The notes under the pieces are model-generated. The model searched no databases. It was given only the letters and a program-made list of their open reading frames with translations, and was not told the DNA's origin. DNA of 57,879 nt, filler included, from Squatina squatina (Eukaryota), in the NCBI GenBank assembly GCA_031763465.1. It is 3 parts of 3 records of this genome, joined end to end, with 100 filler letters (N's around TTAATTAATTAA, not from the genome) between each part and the next. Parts side by side here need not be neighbours in the genome. Positions count along the whole stretch, not along the records: positions 45,367 to 57,879 come from JARFOE010000222.1; 2 more parts are not named here. One strand, given 5' to 3'. Numbering within the stretch: the first letter of the stretch is position 1; each line of letters starts with the position of its first letter. A program made the translations under genes and the position numbers. Positions 47,399-57,879 of the stretch are shown here, piece by piece.

Positions 47399-47498
47399 NN
47401 NNNNNNNNNNNNNNNNNNNNNNNNNNNNNNNNNNNNNNNNNNNNNNNNNNNNNNNNNNNNNNNNNNNNNNNNNNNNNNNNNNNNNNNNNNNNNNNNNN

Positions 47499-47940
47499 CA
47501 TGTTTGGACCAAAGCTGTAATGAGGTCTAGAGCCAAGCGGTCCTGGCAGAATTGAAACTGAGCATCGATGAGCAGGCATTTGATGGCACTGTAGATGACA
47601 CCTTCCATCACTTTGCTGATGATTGAGAGTAGACTGATGGGATAGTAATTGGCCCAGTTGAATTTGTCCTGCTTTTTGTGGACAGGACATATCAATCAAG
47701 GAAACTGCTCTACCCTGGATGTTACTGAGCTTCTTAAGTGCTGTTGTAGCCGCACTCATCCAGGTGAGTGGTGAATATTCCATAACAACCTTGACTTGAT
47801 TCTTGTAGATAAGGGAGAGGTTTTGAAGGGTCAGGAATTGAGTCACTTGTTGCAGAGTACAAGCTTCAACCCAGGTCTTATAGCTACAACACTGATATGG
47901 CTGGCCCATTTCGGCTTCTGATCAATGGTGAACCCGAGTG
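47499..47940 (-). mobile_element. Two abutting CR1-like RT fragments
   Basis: PVHKKQDK...NYYPISLLSIISKVME and IYKNQVKVVMEYSPLTWMSA. Confidence 0.75.
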
Positions 47941-50900
47941 GTATCAACTCTTATTAGCATGTATCATTCTCATCCAGATGGCCCATAATATTTGCTTTGG
48001 ATTTGAAAAAAATAAGATGTAGCGGTCACACAAGATGCGATGGAAAGTAAAAGTAGGTTTCCAAATTTCGGGAAAAAAATTCTCCACTCAAAGAATTTCA
48101 TGCCTTTCTTTATCTTAGTGTGGACTGCAGTTGGTCTGAATATTAATTTATGACCAGTCAGTGACGCACTCATACTGGCAGTTTTCTTTAACCACATGCA
48201 CCCCCTCTCTTCTCTTATGCCCCACAGATACGACACATAGGGGGAAGTTTTAACCCCCTCCATGACAGATGGGATAAATGTTGCGGGGGTTAAATCCTAG
48301 AACTTCAGAAACCCAATCCCAACCCGCGGCAATCGCACCCGCTTCTGTTTTAAGTGCAGGTGGTTTGGGGGCGTCTGAGTAACCCGCTCTCGAGAGGTGG
48401 GTCTCTGATTATAACATTCAAATGATCTGCATTCCCAATACTTTGGCAGGCATTTAAATTTTGAAGTTGGCCGGCCGCGTTTTGCAGAGCTCGGGAAAAT
48501 TGCAGCTAAAGGGAGGCAGGAGCAGCCGGATCCAGCAGGTAAGTTCTTCTCCCGGCCCCTCAAGCATATCTTCTGCTGCGACCGTCCAACCCCACCTCTC
48601 CAAACACATGATCTCTCCCTTTCTCACGAATGCCAGCCCAACCCCAGCAATTGGAATCTGATTAAACTCTTTAGGACCTGAAACTGCCAATGCTACAATT
48701 TGCTTTAAATATTTTTTTTGTTTTCTAAAAACCTTGTTTTGTTTATCGTACTACTACTAATCTTACAAGCATAATCTCTGTAAATTTATATACCCGTAGA
48801 AGTCTGGAAGGCCACTGGCCTCCTGATAGAGAGGGGAATCTATGGTCTAGAATTTGCCTTTCCCTCTTTCAGGTGATTCAAAGATGTTGAATAGATTAAG
48901 GTCTGGTTACTATGGTGCCCAAGACACATCTTCAGGGAGAGTTTCTGTTTCTTTCCAGCGTAATTTCTCCAGTTACACCTATTAGAAGTTTTGTTTAAAA
49001 GGGAGAGCCTGTATCTCACTGAAAATAGAAATGCCGTACTATCTAGAAGGACTGACATGGTAGTGAATAACTAGGAATGAGCAAATGCATTTGAATTTTC
49101 TATAGTCTTTAAGGGGCAATAATGAGACAGATTATTTTTGTATTTTCCTTATTTTTGCAACCTGAAGGTTTTTACATTTCCATATTATCTTCATGTGGAA
49201 AATGAATGCAAGTAAAGCACAAAGCCTGTGCTTGTCTCTGGAGGTAGTGCTCTAACTTTATCACTCAATCAGTCTTAAAGGTCTTACATGTCCTGTGAGG
49301 GCAGAAACATCACCAAACCTTCAATATTTACTGATGCCAGTAGATGATGACATTTGTGGCATTCACCACATGGATGAACGAGCCAAGGAGTGAGCTATGT
49401 ACCAACTAGGGATCCGTCATTTAATTTTCATGTACTGATTTCTAAATAATGGAATATATTTTAACAATATGTCATTGTCTTCATAAATTGGCAGACACTT
49501 TTTTTTTTAAATACCAAACTAGGTGATAGGATTAGATGCCAGAAAATAAGTTCTCTAATGTTAAACAATTCTATCTACATTTATTTAACTTCTGAAAAGG
49601 ACAAGTATTTTTGTCATTGGTTATTGTGCTTGAAATTATTAACACACATGAAAAACAGTGTGTGGGTATCTCAGTTTGTTGCAGAAGACCATCTGACCTT
49701 CATAGGCCATTACCTCCTCTCCAGGTATCAAGCAGAACATGTTCCCAGCTCCATTTCCACTTGTCTGAATCACACTACCGCTCTCTCTCTCTCTCTCTCT
49801 TCAGCTCCTATCCTCATCCTATGCAACAAGTCTTTTTAGCATTATTGCCACATGTCCATAGCCCTTACAGTAGCTCTGTTTCCAATCCTAGCCAAGAGCA
49901 CTTTCTGAGCAATTGCATGTTCTTATCTGGATTCCACACTGTAGCTTCTAGTGCCTTACATGTGTTTGCCTCCTATCTGAATTCCTGTGTAGCAACTCTT
50001 CCCAGATTAATTCATTGTAACTGGTTTGTTCTCTCGCATGAAACATCCTGTATATCATCAGTGCCACAACTGAAGAATGTTTATGGCTGATCACATAATT
50101 AGAAGGTGCTACACATCATATTAAAAAAAATAAGAATTAGGTGCCTTGTTACCCAGGTAGATTCAGTTCACCAGTGTGCTCATGAGTTAGGCAGTCGGCT
50201 AATTCATAATATTAAAAAACATATACTACCAGAAATACTGTAATATGTATCCTTTATTCACAGGCTTACTGAAACTCTTTTAGCCAGTGAAAATTCCCAA
50301 GCAATTGCTTTCAGCTCCACACAGCTAGGCAACCCCTTTATTATGTCAAATATCTTTGCACAATACTTCTGCAGATGGGTGAGTTCAGGTTCTGTTGACA
50401 TTAGCAGTGTGAGCTGCATGTGCCTTATGGTGATGTTGTAAGCTTCATGAAACCTCATATAGATCAGGGAAGTATTTTCATTCTCTACCTCCCTGAGATT
50501 CATGGCTGCCATCCTTATTTTTGGCCTCTCTGTAGTTAACTACAGTAACACCGCTCACAATATAAGTCTGGCCTCTGACTGTTGGGAATACCATTCTTTG
50601 AATAAAAATATACCATGACAAGTACTTCTTTACCTGTTATGAGTTGTTTTTGTAAGTTAAATATAGGTGACCAATTTGACCACTGCATACAATTTTACGC
50701 CACTTAAATAAAGACAATCTGAATATCTTTCAGAAGTGTAAGTTAAATTCTAATCAGTAATTTCTTCACTTATTCTGTAATTCCTGAGCTACCTCCTCCA
50801 ATTTCACTACCCCTCCTAGTTTGGTGTTATCAGCAAATTTGACTACTTTGCATCAAGTTTGTGAATCCAAGTCATTGATGTAAATTAGAAAAAGTAGTGG

Positions 50901-51055
50901 TCCCAACACTGATCCCTAGAATACCTCACTTGATTTTCAGTCGACCACAACATACCTCGCCTGACAAGTGCCTGTTGTTTTCTATCTTTCAGCCAATGTC
51001 TTATCCATACCCAAGATATAGCTGCACAGCTTTGAGCTTACAGCTTCTGATATAT

Positions 51056-51699
51056 GGGGGCCGAAGTTGGCCTATTGTAACGTCCCACTGTTGTCTCTGA
51101 GTGGCGCTAATGGCATCGGAAGGCAGCCATCTCCTCTCCTCCGAAATTTAGCCGGGGCGCAAAGACCTTTGCATCTGCCCAGCTGAATTTCGCGGTGGGT
51201 CGGCGCATGATGTCATCAAAACGCGTGCCTACCCTCAATGCGCAGCTGCAACGCCCTTCGCTGTCTGTTTGCGCCCCGTGGGCGAAATTGACCCGCGAGA
51301 GGCGGCCGCAGCGACAGTAAAACCTGTCGCTGCAACGGGCCTGTTAAAGGGGAGGGCATCTGCGCCCCCGACCGCCATCTTTATTTTTCAGTTGACTTTG
51401 TCAGCGGCGGCCGAAAGATGGCAGCCTTCGGCCGGATCGGGCCACCATCCCCTCGCCTGGCACGCTAACTGGCGTCTCTGGTGGCCCAGTGTCGGGCTGC
51501 GGGGCGCTGTCAGGATGGCCGGTGGCCCTCCCCTTTAAGGGAGGCCTGGCACTGCTGATGACGCCGATGACGTGGCGCTGAAGCCACACCAACAACATCC
51601 AAGGCCTGTCGCCCCAGGAGTGACTGGGTCCTCGCTGCGTCTCACAGGTGCCCTGGATCACTCCCTTCTGGGCGGAGCGGGGCAGGGCGGGCGCTCGCG
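51056..51699. mobile_element. CpG-rich interspersed repeat, probably Harbinger-derived
   Basis: Abrupt GC-rich block starting ggggccgaagttgg, with ttaaaggggaggg and ccctttaagggagg cores. Confidence 0.5.
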
Positions 51700-53878
51700 N
51701 NNNNNNNNNNNNNNNNNNNNNNNNNNNNNNNNNNNNNNNNNNNNNNNNNNNNNNNNNNNNNNNNNNNNNNNNNNNNNNNNNNNNNNNNNNNNNNNNNNNT
51801 ATAAAGTTGACAGCAAGTTCAAGTATGAAATAATAAAAAAAATTTGCATTATCTAAAATGCACCTGACCTCATAATTCTGAACAGTTATGCAGTGAAATC
51901 TGTCTATAATGACTACCTCTGGGACTGTCTTCAGGTAGTCTTTGTACACAGGTGATCTGCTAATATGAGTTCAAGTCTGAATCATTAATTTATAGTTGGG
52001 ATTGACTTTTACACAGATGATCTTTAACACAGATTTAACTGTATATATTACACACAGCTGTAGCTAGTAATTATAGAAGTTTCTAATACATGAATTTTTA
52101 AATAGTAATATTGCCATTTTTAATAACTGGTGGATTTTGCATTAAATTGCATTATCATTATTTGGCTGCACCACAGTATTTCTAAATATGCCAGCACAAT
52201 TGCCAGGCACCAGTCTGATCATTATAATGAGAAATTCATGAGCCAGAATTTGTCAAAACAAGTATCCTGGTGGGAGAACTGGGTGAGAGATAACTGACAA
52301 TTCTATAAAAGTAATTTAAGCATGTGAACAAATAGTGTAATTCAGTAGAATTCCTGAGTTAAAGAAAAATAATACTGGGTAACTATCACTAATGAACCAT
52401 CAGGAGGGAAGCAGTAAGCCAGAGGCTACTCTTATTTTTCAAGGAGTTATGTCACTATTATACTGATTNNNNNNNNNNNNNNNNNNNNNNNNNNNNNNNN
52501 NNNNNNNNNNNNNNNNNNNNNNNNCATGTTGATAATAATTTGCCATCATACCGTGACATGCCTAATGCTATTTATGCCAGACTGTACACGGCGTAGATTT
52601 TGAAACAAAACAAACATAGCATATTCATTTTTGGATCTATTCCAAACAGGTTTATTGCCATTTTACCTCAATCACAGCATAATTTTGTACTGTTGACATG
52701 AATTCTGCGGTTTGTCACACCATAATTAGCAATAACAAATAAAGTGTGCTGGTGAACACACTTTGGGATTTGTTTGACCACCTGGCCTCACCTTGTGCCC
52801 AAACTAATTCTGGCATGTAGTGAAATGACTTGCATTAATTAGCAATTAATTTAGACCTTCTTGTTCATTATTGCTTAATTAAAGTAAAGTATGTGATACA
52901 AGGAGCGAGTGCATTGTGTAATTGATTGTTTCAGTAATCACAGTCTGCTTTTACTGCTCAGAGTCTTTAGATGTTTTCATATATTGAGCTCTAATCCTCA
53001 GTGTATCTGTGCCGTCGATTCCGTTTTGCATTACAAATCATTCTGGCTTTGCAGTCTGCTGTAAGAGGTCATNNNNNNNNNNNNNNNNNNNNNNNNNNNN
53101 NNNNNNNNNNNNNNNNNNNNNNNNNNNNNNNNNNNNNNNNNNNNNNNNNNNNNNNNNNNNNNNNNNNNNNNNTATGTTTATTTACCTACTTTTCACAAAT
53201 TGGACTATTACTATTCACTCAAGGTTCAATAGTCCGGTAGGGACATCATCTATTTGCAGAATATAACAAGAAATGTTATTTCTCGGTTTATGTGAAGAAT
53301 ATCATTAAAACGGCAAGTTGTATAACACTTGTAGTGTATTGTAAGGATTCATGTTGTTAACCAATAGGTTTGCAAAGGAAGAACAAATTCAATACTGCAG
53401 GGCCAGGTTTAAAAAAACAGTATGACTTTATTGTTTAACTGTCAGCTCTGATCCACAGTGAATTTAGTCTTAAGAATTGAAGCAAATCTTCATGCTATTT
53501 TGGACACCCTCCAGGCAGAATACACTACATTTTACAGTCAGTGCAGAGATTTACTAGTATTTAGTCACATGTACAGACACATGACTTGACACAGAAACTA
53601 ATTGCTAACTTGGACTAGCGAAACCCAACTATAATTAACCAGAACACGGAAGGAAATATTTACCATATTGTTACTGATTCAACTATTAATATATCCAGAT
53701 ATAAGTTACCAATATGCAGTTAGCTATAAGATTGAGATTTATCATACAAAAGGAAAAATGTGAGTTCCCTTATTACTGAAGATTTTAGACCCTGAATGAA
53801 ATACAACAGTGCTGCCTATGGCATCAGGCATTGCATTTCATCCTCAGTTTAAAGCTTTTCAAAAATTGCATTTAATTA

Positions 53879-53930
53879 CTATATATATATATATATTATA
53901 TATATAGTTATGTATATGTGTGTGTGTATA
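53879..53930. repeat. (TA)n/(TG)n microsatellite
   Basis: Seen directly in the sequence. Confidence 0.9.
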
Positions 53931-54811
53931 ATTGTTGAACTGTAANNNNNNNNNNCTGTAAGGAAGTAAATGCAATCAATTTAACCAAAGCAAAATGGAA
54001 TATAAAGAATGTGGCCTCAGTATGCTTGCTGTGTGTGATATTGAATGAAGATCAGCTGCTGAAAACACTTACCTTGCTTCTGTTAGCTGAAAATGATTGA
54101 TGATAAGCTTGCCTATGCTAGCTGCATGTGACAGGAAAATAGGAAGGGTCAGCAGGAAGTATTTATGATTGAATATTTTCTAAATTATTTTCCTTTAAAG
54201 ACAGCCTTTTAAAACTTATTCGCAAAGATTCTCCAGTATCTGCTGGTTTAAATCTCATCAACCCAAATGACAATATAGCGGTCATTACTAAACGGAAAAT
54301 CTTTACCTGTGGGACAATATTTAAATCTGCTCAATGGAGCAGAGCTACCCTCATGTACGGTAGAGTTCTTGTTTAAATAAATGGAGGTAATTTTCAACTT
54401 CGACAGGCATAGAGAACTGGCGGTAACTGATCAGCAGTCCATTATACATGCTTCCTTGCCATTGCATGTTGCTATATTGAAGTGAGGCTGGTTATTAGCA
54501 AGCCATGTGATAATAGGTCAAATGCCACTCTAGGCTCTAGCCAGTCTTCACTATCAACCACCTTCTTCCTCCTACCNNNNNNNNNNNNNNNNNNNNNNNN
54601 NNNNNNNNNNNNNNNNNNNNNNNNNNNNNNNNNNNNNNNNNNNNNNNNNNNNNNNNNNNNNNNNNNNNNNNNNNNNCCTTCCTGCAATCCATCCAGGCGT
54701 ACTTAATGCCCAGATGGTAAGGATGAAAATGTTGTGCGGGAGCAGGCTGGTAAAGGACCTTTGTCATTCAGATGTTTATCGTAAGGCCCATTCTCTCATA
54801 CACCTCAGTGA

Positions 54812-55262
54812 ATGAGCTGCCATGGGTGGGCCACATCATCCACATGCCTGATACAAGGCTCCCAAAACAAGCACTCTGCTCCAAGCTTCGTCATGGCAAG
54901 TGATTATGAGGAGGGCAGAGGAAACACTTCAAGGACGTCCTCAAAGCCTCCCTGAAAAAATGTAACATCCCCACCGAATCATGGGAATCTCTGACCCAAG
55001 ACTGCCCATACTGGAGGAGAGCGTCTGCGAAGGCACCAATCACTTCATGCTTCTCTGGTGGGAGCAGGTAGAGGCCAAGCATTAGCAGCGGAAGAAGCGT
55101 GCGAAAATCCGAGCATCCCACCAACCCGCCCCATTAAACACCACCTGTCCCACCTGTGGCAGAGTTTGTGAATCCACTATTGGACTTTTCAGCCACCTCA
55201 GAACCCACAACTCCGGAGTGGAAGCAAGTCACCCTCGACCCCGAAGGACTGCCTAAGAAGAA
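54812..55262 (+). mobile_element. RTE LINE 3' end
   Basis: Homologous to 6815-7110; ends gcctaagaagaaaa. Confidence 0.85.
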
Positions 55263-56624
55263 AAAAGATGAAAATCTACCCCACACCACTAGTACCATCA
55301 GTACCATTGTGTTGCGATCTAGTAAATATATCCAGCAACACAACGCCAAAACATTCTGTGCCATCTACCTTAAATGTGTTATTCTGCTTGTACCATTGCA
55401 GATAAAGAGGTGAACAGAATGGATACTGGAAATTGTACTGATGCCTGGGGCCAAACTTGTACTGTGTCCAGTCATAATATTAGCAGGTGTAGAATATTTC
55501 ATACTGTGGTTCTACCTACATGCCTTAGATAAAAGTTTCACAATGTTTAATAAATTTTATACAGAAAGAATAGTGGGTTAATTGACTTAAACCTTGGGAA
55601 TTGACCAAGGTTTATATCGCCATTAGCCGATCATCATGATCTCTTTGCACCATCAGTAATTGAGGGAGCACTATTATAGTAACAAGGTAATTATATTTAA
55701 ATGGAGGCTCATTTAAAATGTAATGGTAAAGATTCTACTGCTTTCACTGTTGCTGAATGTGTGACAGGCTCCAGAAGGAAGGGAAGAAAACCACCTGAGG
55801 AGTTGTTTCATACCATGTTAAACATGTTCTGAAAGAGCATCTCATTAAGCGAATAACAGTAGTTTTAAATTGCAAAAATAAAGAAATGAATTAAATTGCA
55901 GTTTTCTAATTATGTTTTGCCTACAGACATATTTTAAAAGATAATGAATGAGTACTTTTTACAAGAAATTCATGTTCAGACAATTAATGAACTTTAGTAA
56001 TCAAGTCCATTAATTATCCTTGATGAGCCCATCTCAAACCACTTTCACTTTGGAACTTTTGCATAGTAAGGATTTTTTTAAATGAAATAATGTGAGATTT
56101 TGCTTACTTGACAGGTTTTTGTCCATGTTATAACATTACTACAGTAATCCCACCAAATTTTAATATGAGGTTTTTATCAGGGAGTATTCATGTTGAAAAT
56201 TTGGACCACGGCCCAGGGCTTGTGGATTATATATGCCATAGCATCTGAAGCTAATGACAAGGATCAGTGGATATCGTTAAAGTCATGCAGAAAAATGTGG
56301 GCCTAAACTGTCACCCTTGCCCACCTATTGTAAAACACGGCCGATTTTGATCCCATTGAAATCAATAATTAGCAGGCGATTATTCCACCAGATTCCCCAA
56401 GGCAAAGGTGTAATTGAGTCCCATGCAGTCAACTGGGCCCCCAGAGCATTTGTGCAGGAGAACCCTGCATTAAGAGCAATCCCCTTTGGAGTAACCTATC
56501 TCAAGAGGGGAAAGATGGGGAAAANNNNNNNNNNNNNNNNNNNNNNNNNNNNNNNNNNNNNNNNNNNNNNNNNNNNNNNNNNNNNNNNNNNNNNNNNNNN
56601 NNNNNNNNNNNNNNNNNNNNNNNN

Positions 56625-57040
56625 TACGGGTAGAAAGTTAGTTGATGAACACAAGAAACTTGAGATACTGGGACTATTTCCACTGGAGCAAAGAGGACTA
56701 AGGGGCGATTGAGTGGAAGTTTATAAAATTATGAAAGGTTTTGTTAGTGAATAGGGAAAGACCATTTCCTCCACTTGGAGCATCAATTTATAATTCTCAT
56801 GAGAATGAGGAGAGCTGTTACGAGAAATTTCTTTATGCAGAGAATTGTTGGAGCATGGAATGCTTTGCCATAGGAAGTGATTATGGCAGAGACCAGGATA
56901 ATTGGATAAATATTTGAAGCAGCGGAAGGTGCAGGGTTGTGGAGAGAGTTGAGGCAGTGGCATTGATTTTTGGATTCATCTAGCCAAAAGCTGGCACAGA
57001 TATGATGGACTAAATGTTCTCCTTCTGTGCTGTAATGTTT
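56625..57040 (+). mobile_element. CR1 LINE 3' end
   Basis: LEILGLFPLEQRGLRGD...agaattgttggagcatggaatgctttgcca plus tail. Confidence 0.8.
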
Positions 57041-57351
57041 CACTAAAGTCCGATGATATTGCATTTTAGTGATGTGGAATGCAGACCCCCATTGGTGGTA
57101 TTGTATTTGTAATTAATCAATTATAGGCCTTTCTTACTCTTTCTGCTCCAGTGCCAATCAAGTATTTGTAAACTGAGATCAAGCACAGAGCTAGAAATGA
57201 TAAATCGTTCAGTAAGAGTTGACTTCAATACAACAGAAAATAATTCTCCATTAGCACTTAAGCAGTAAGCAAATCATCTCAGTGTGTTTAATCATTTTTC
57301 TTAAGACATGAAATGACCACAGTCCCTCACTGTATCAGAGAATGGTATTTA

Positions 57352-57729
57352 TCACAGTTCATCATCATCATCATCATCTGTGCTGAAGCTGCTTCTCCTA
57401 CTGCTTCCTTTAGATGCACCAGGTGATGATGCAGACAACAGTGGATCAGCACCCAATGGAGAGACTATTAGAATGTCATCAAGACTGTTCTCCTGCTTCA
57501 AAGCAGCACTGAAGGACAAGTCTGTGAAATGTGATAAAGGATCCAAGAAGTTACAGGACCCTTCATTGAGTTCACTCAACATCTGCGGCAAGGTTGGCTG
57601 CTGCAGGTAATCAGGGCCATTGTCCTCCTGGTAGGACTCGTGCTTGACGAGGTGAGTGGCCAGCTCCGTTGGATTATGAGCCAATGACATGGTGGGCAGC
57701 CCATGGGCTCGGGCCTGCATTTCCAACTC
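57352..57729 (-). CDS. TFEC: TFEC (MiT/TFE bHLH-ZIP) last coding exon
   Basis: cag acceptor at 57730-57732. ELEMQARAHGLPT...DPLSHFTDLSFSAALK...DPLLS...SSRRSSFS...DEL*; FTDLSFSAALK and the terminal DEL distinguish TFEC from MITF, TFEB and TFE3. Confidence 0.93.
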   Translation of the reverse strand, partial: ELEMQARAHGLPTMSLAHNPTELATHLVKHESYQEDNGPDYLQQPTLPQMLSELNEGSCNFLDPLSHFTDLSFSAALKQENSLDDILIVSPLGADPLLSASSPGASKGSSRRSSFSTDDDDDDEL

Positions 57730-57879
57730 CTGCAATTTGAATGAGAAAAAGTCATCTTGGGTGTATCAAATCATTTAGATATGCAATAGAAACCCATAAC
57801 TTGCATTTAAACATGGAGAAGGAGGCTATCCTTAAAGTCTAATGCATGTAGAACCCTTCCAGTGCATTATTGTAGTGCG

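Overview
This is vertebrate genomic DNA, not prokaryotic. The repeat content (SacSINE1/DeuSINE-like SINEs, CR1, RTE, Penelope-like elements, Harbinger remnants) suggests a cartilaginous fish (inference). The assembly is very fragmented: 0.5-3 kb contigs joined by 100-N and 10-N gaps. Two artificial N44-TTAATTAATTAA-N44 linkers (20044-20143, 45267-45366) split it into three unrelated scaffolds, so distances across gaps mean nothing. Scaffold 1 (1-20043) holds human-2q-type genes: a MAP3K2 exon, four ARPC2 exons, an intact CXCR1/2-like receptor ORF, CTDSP1 exon 1 with its CpG island, a ZNF142 exon and several minisatellites. Scaffold 2 (20144-45266) holds two exons of an AMD1-like gene, two WASF2 exons, the 3' half of GPR3 and unidentified candidate exons. 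Scaffold 3 (45367-57879) is AT-rich and gene-poor, ending in the last exon of TFEC. The most interesting signal is a diverged, intron-containing AMD1-like gene in the same order and orientation as human GPR6-WASF1-AMD1, but next to WASF2/GPR3-type genes. It is a candidate retained whole-genome-duplication paralogue. Other leads are candidate alternative C-terminal exons of ARPC2, minisatellites derived from SINE/LINE segments, a small hAT-like MITE family and short uORFs before CTDSP1. Gene identities come from recalled protein sequences, not database searches. I found no evidence of a wholly new biological system.
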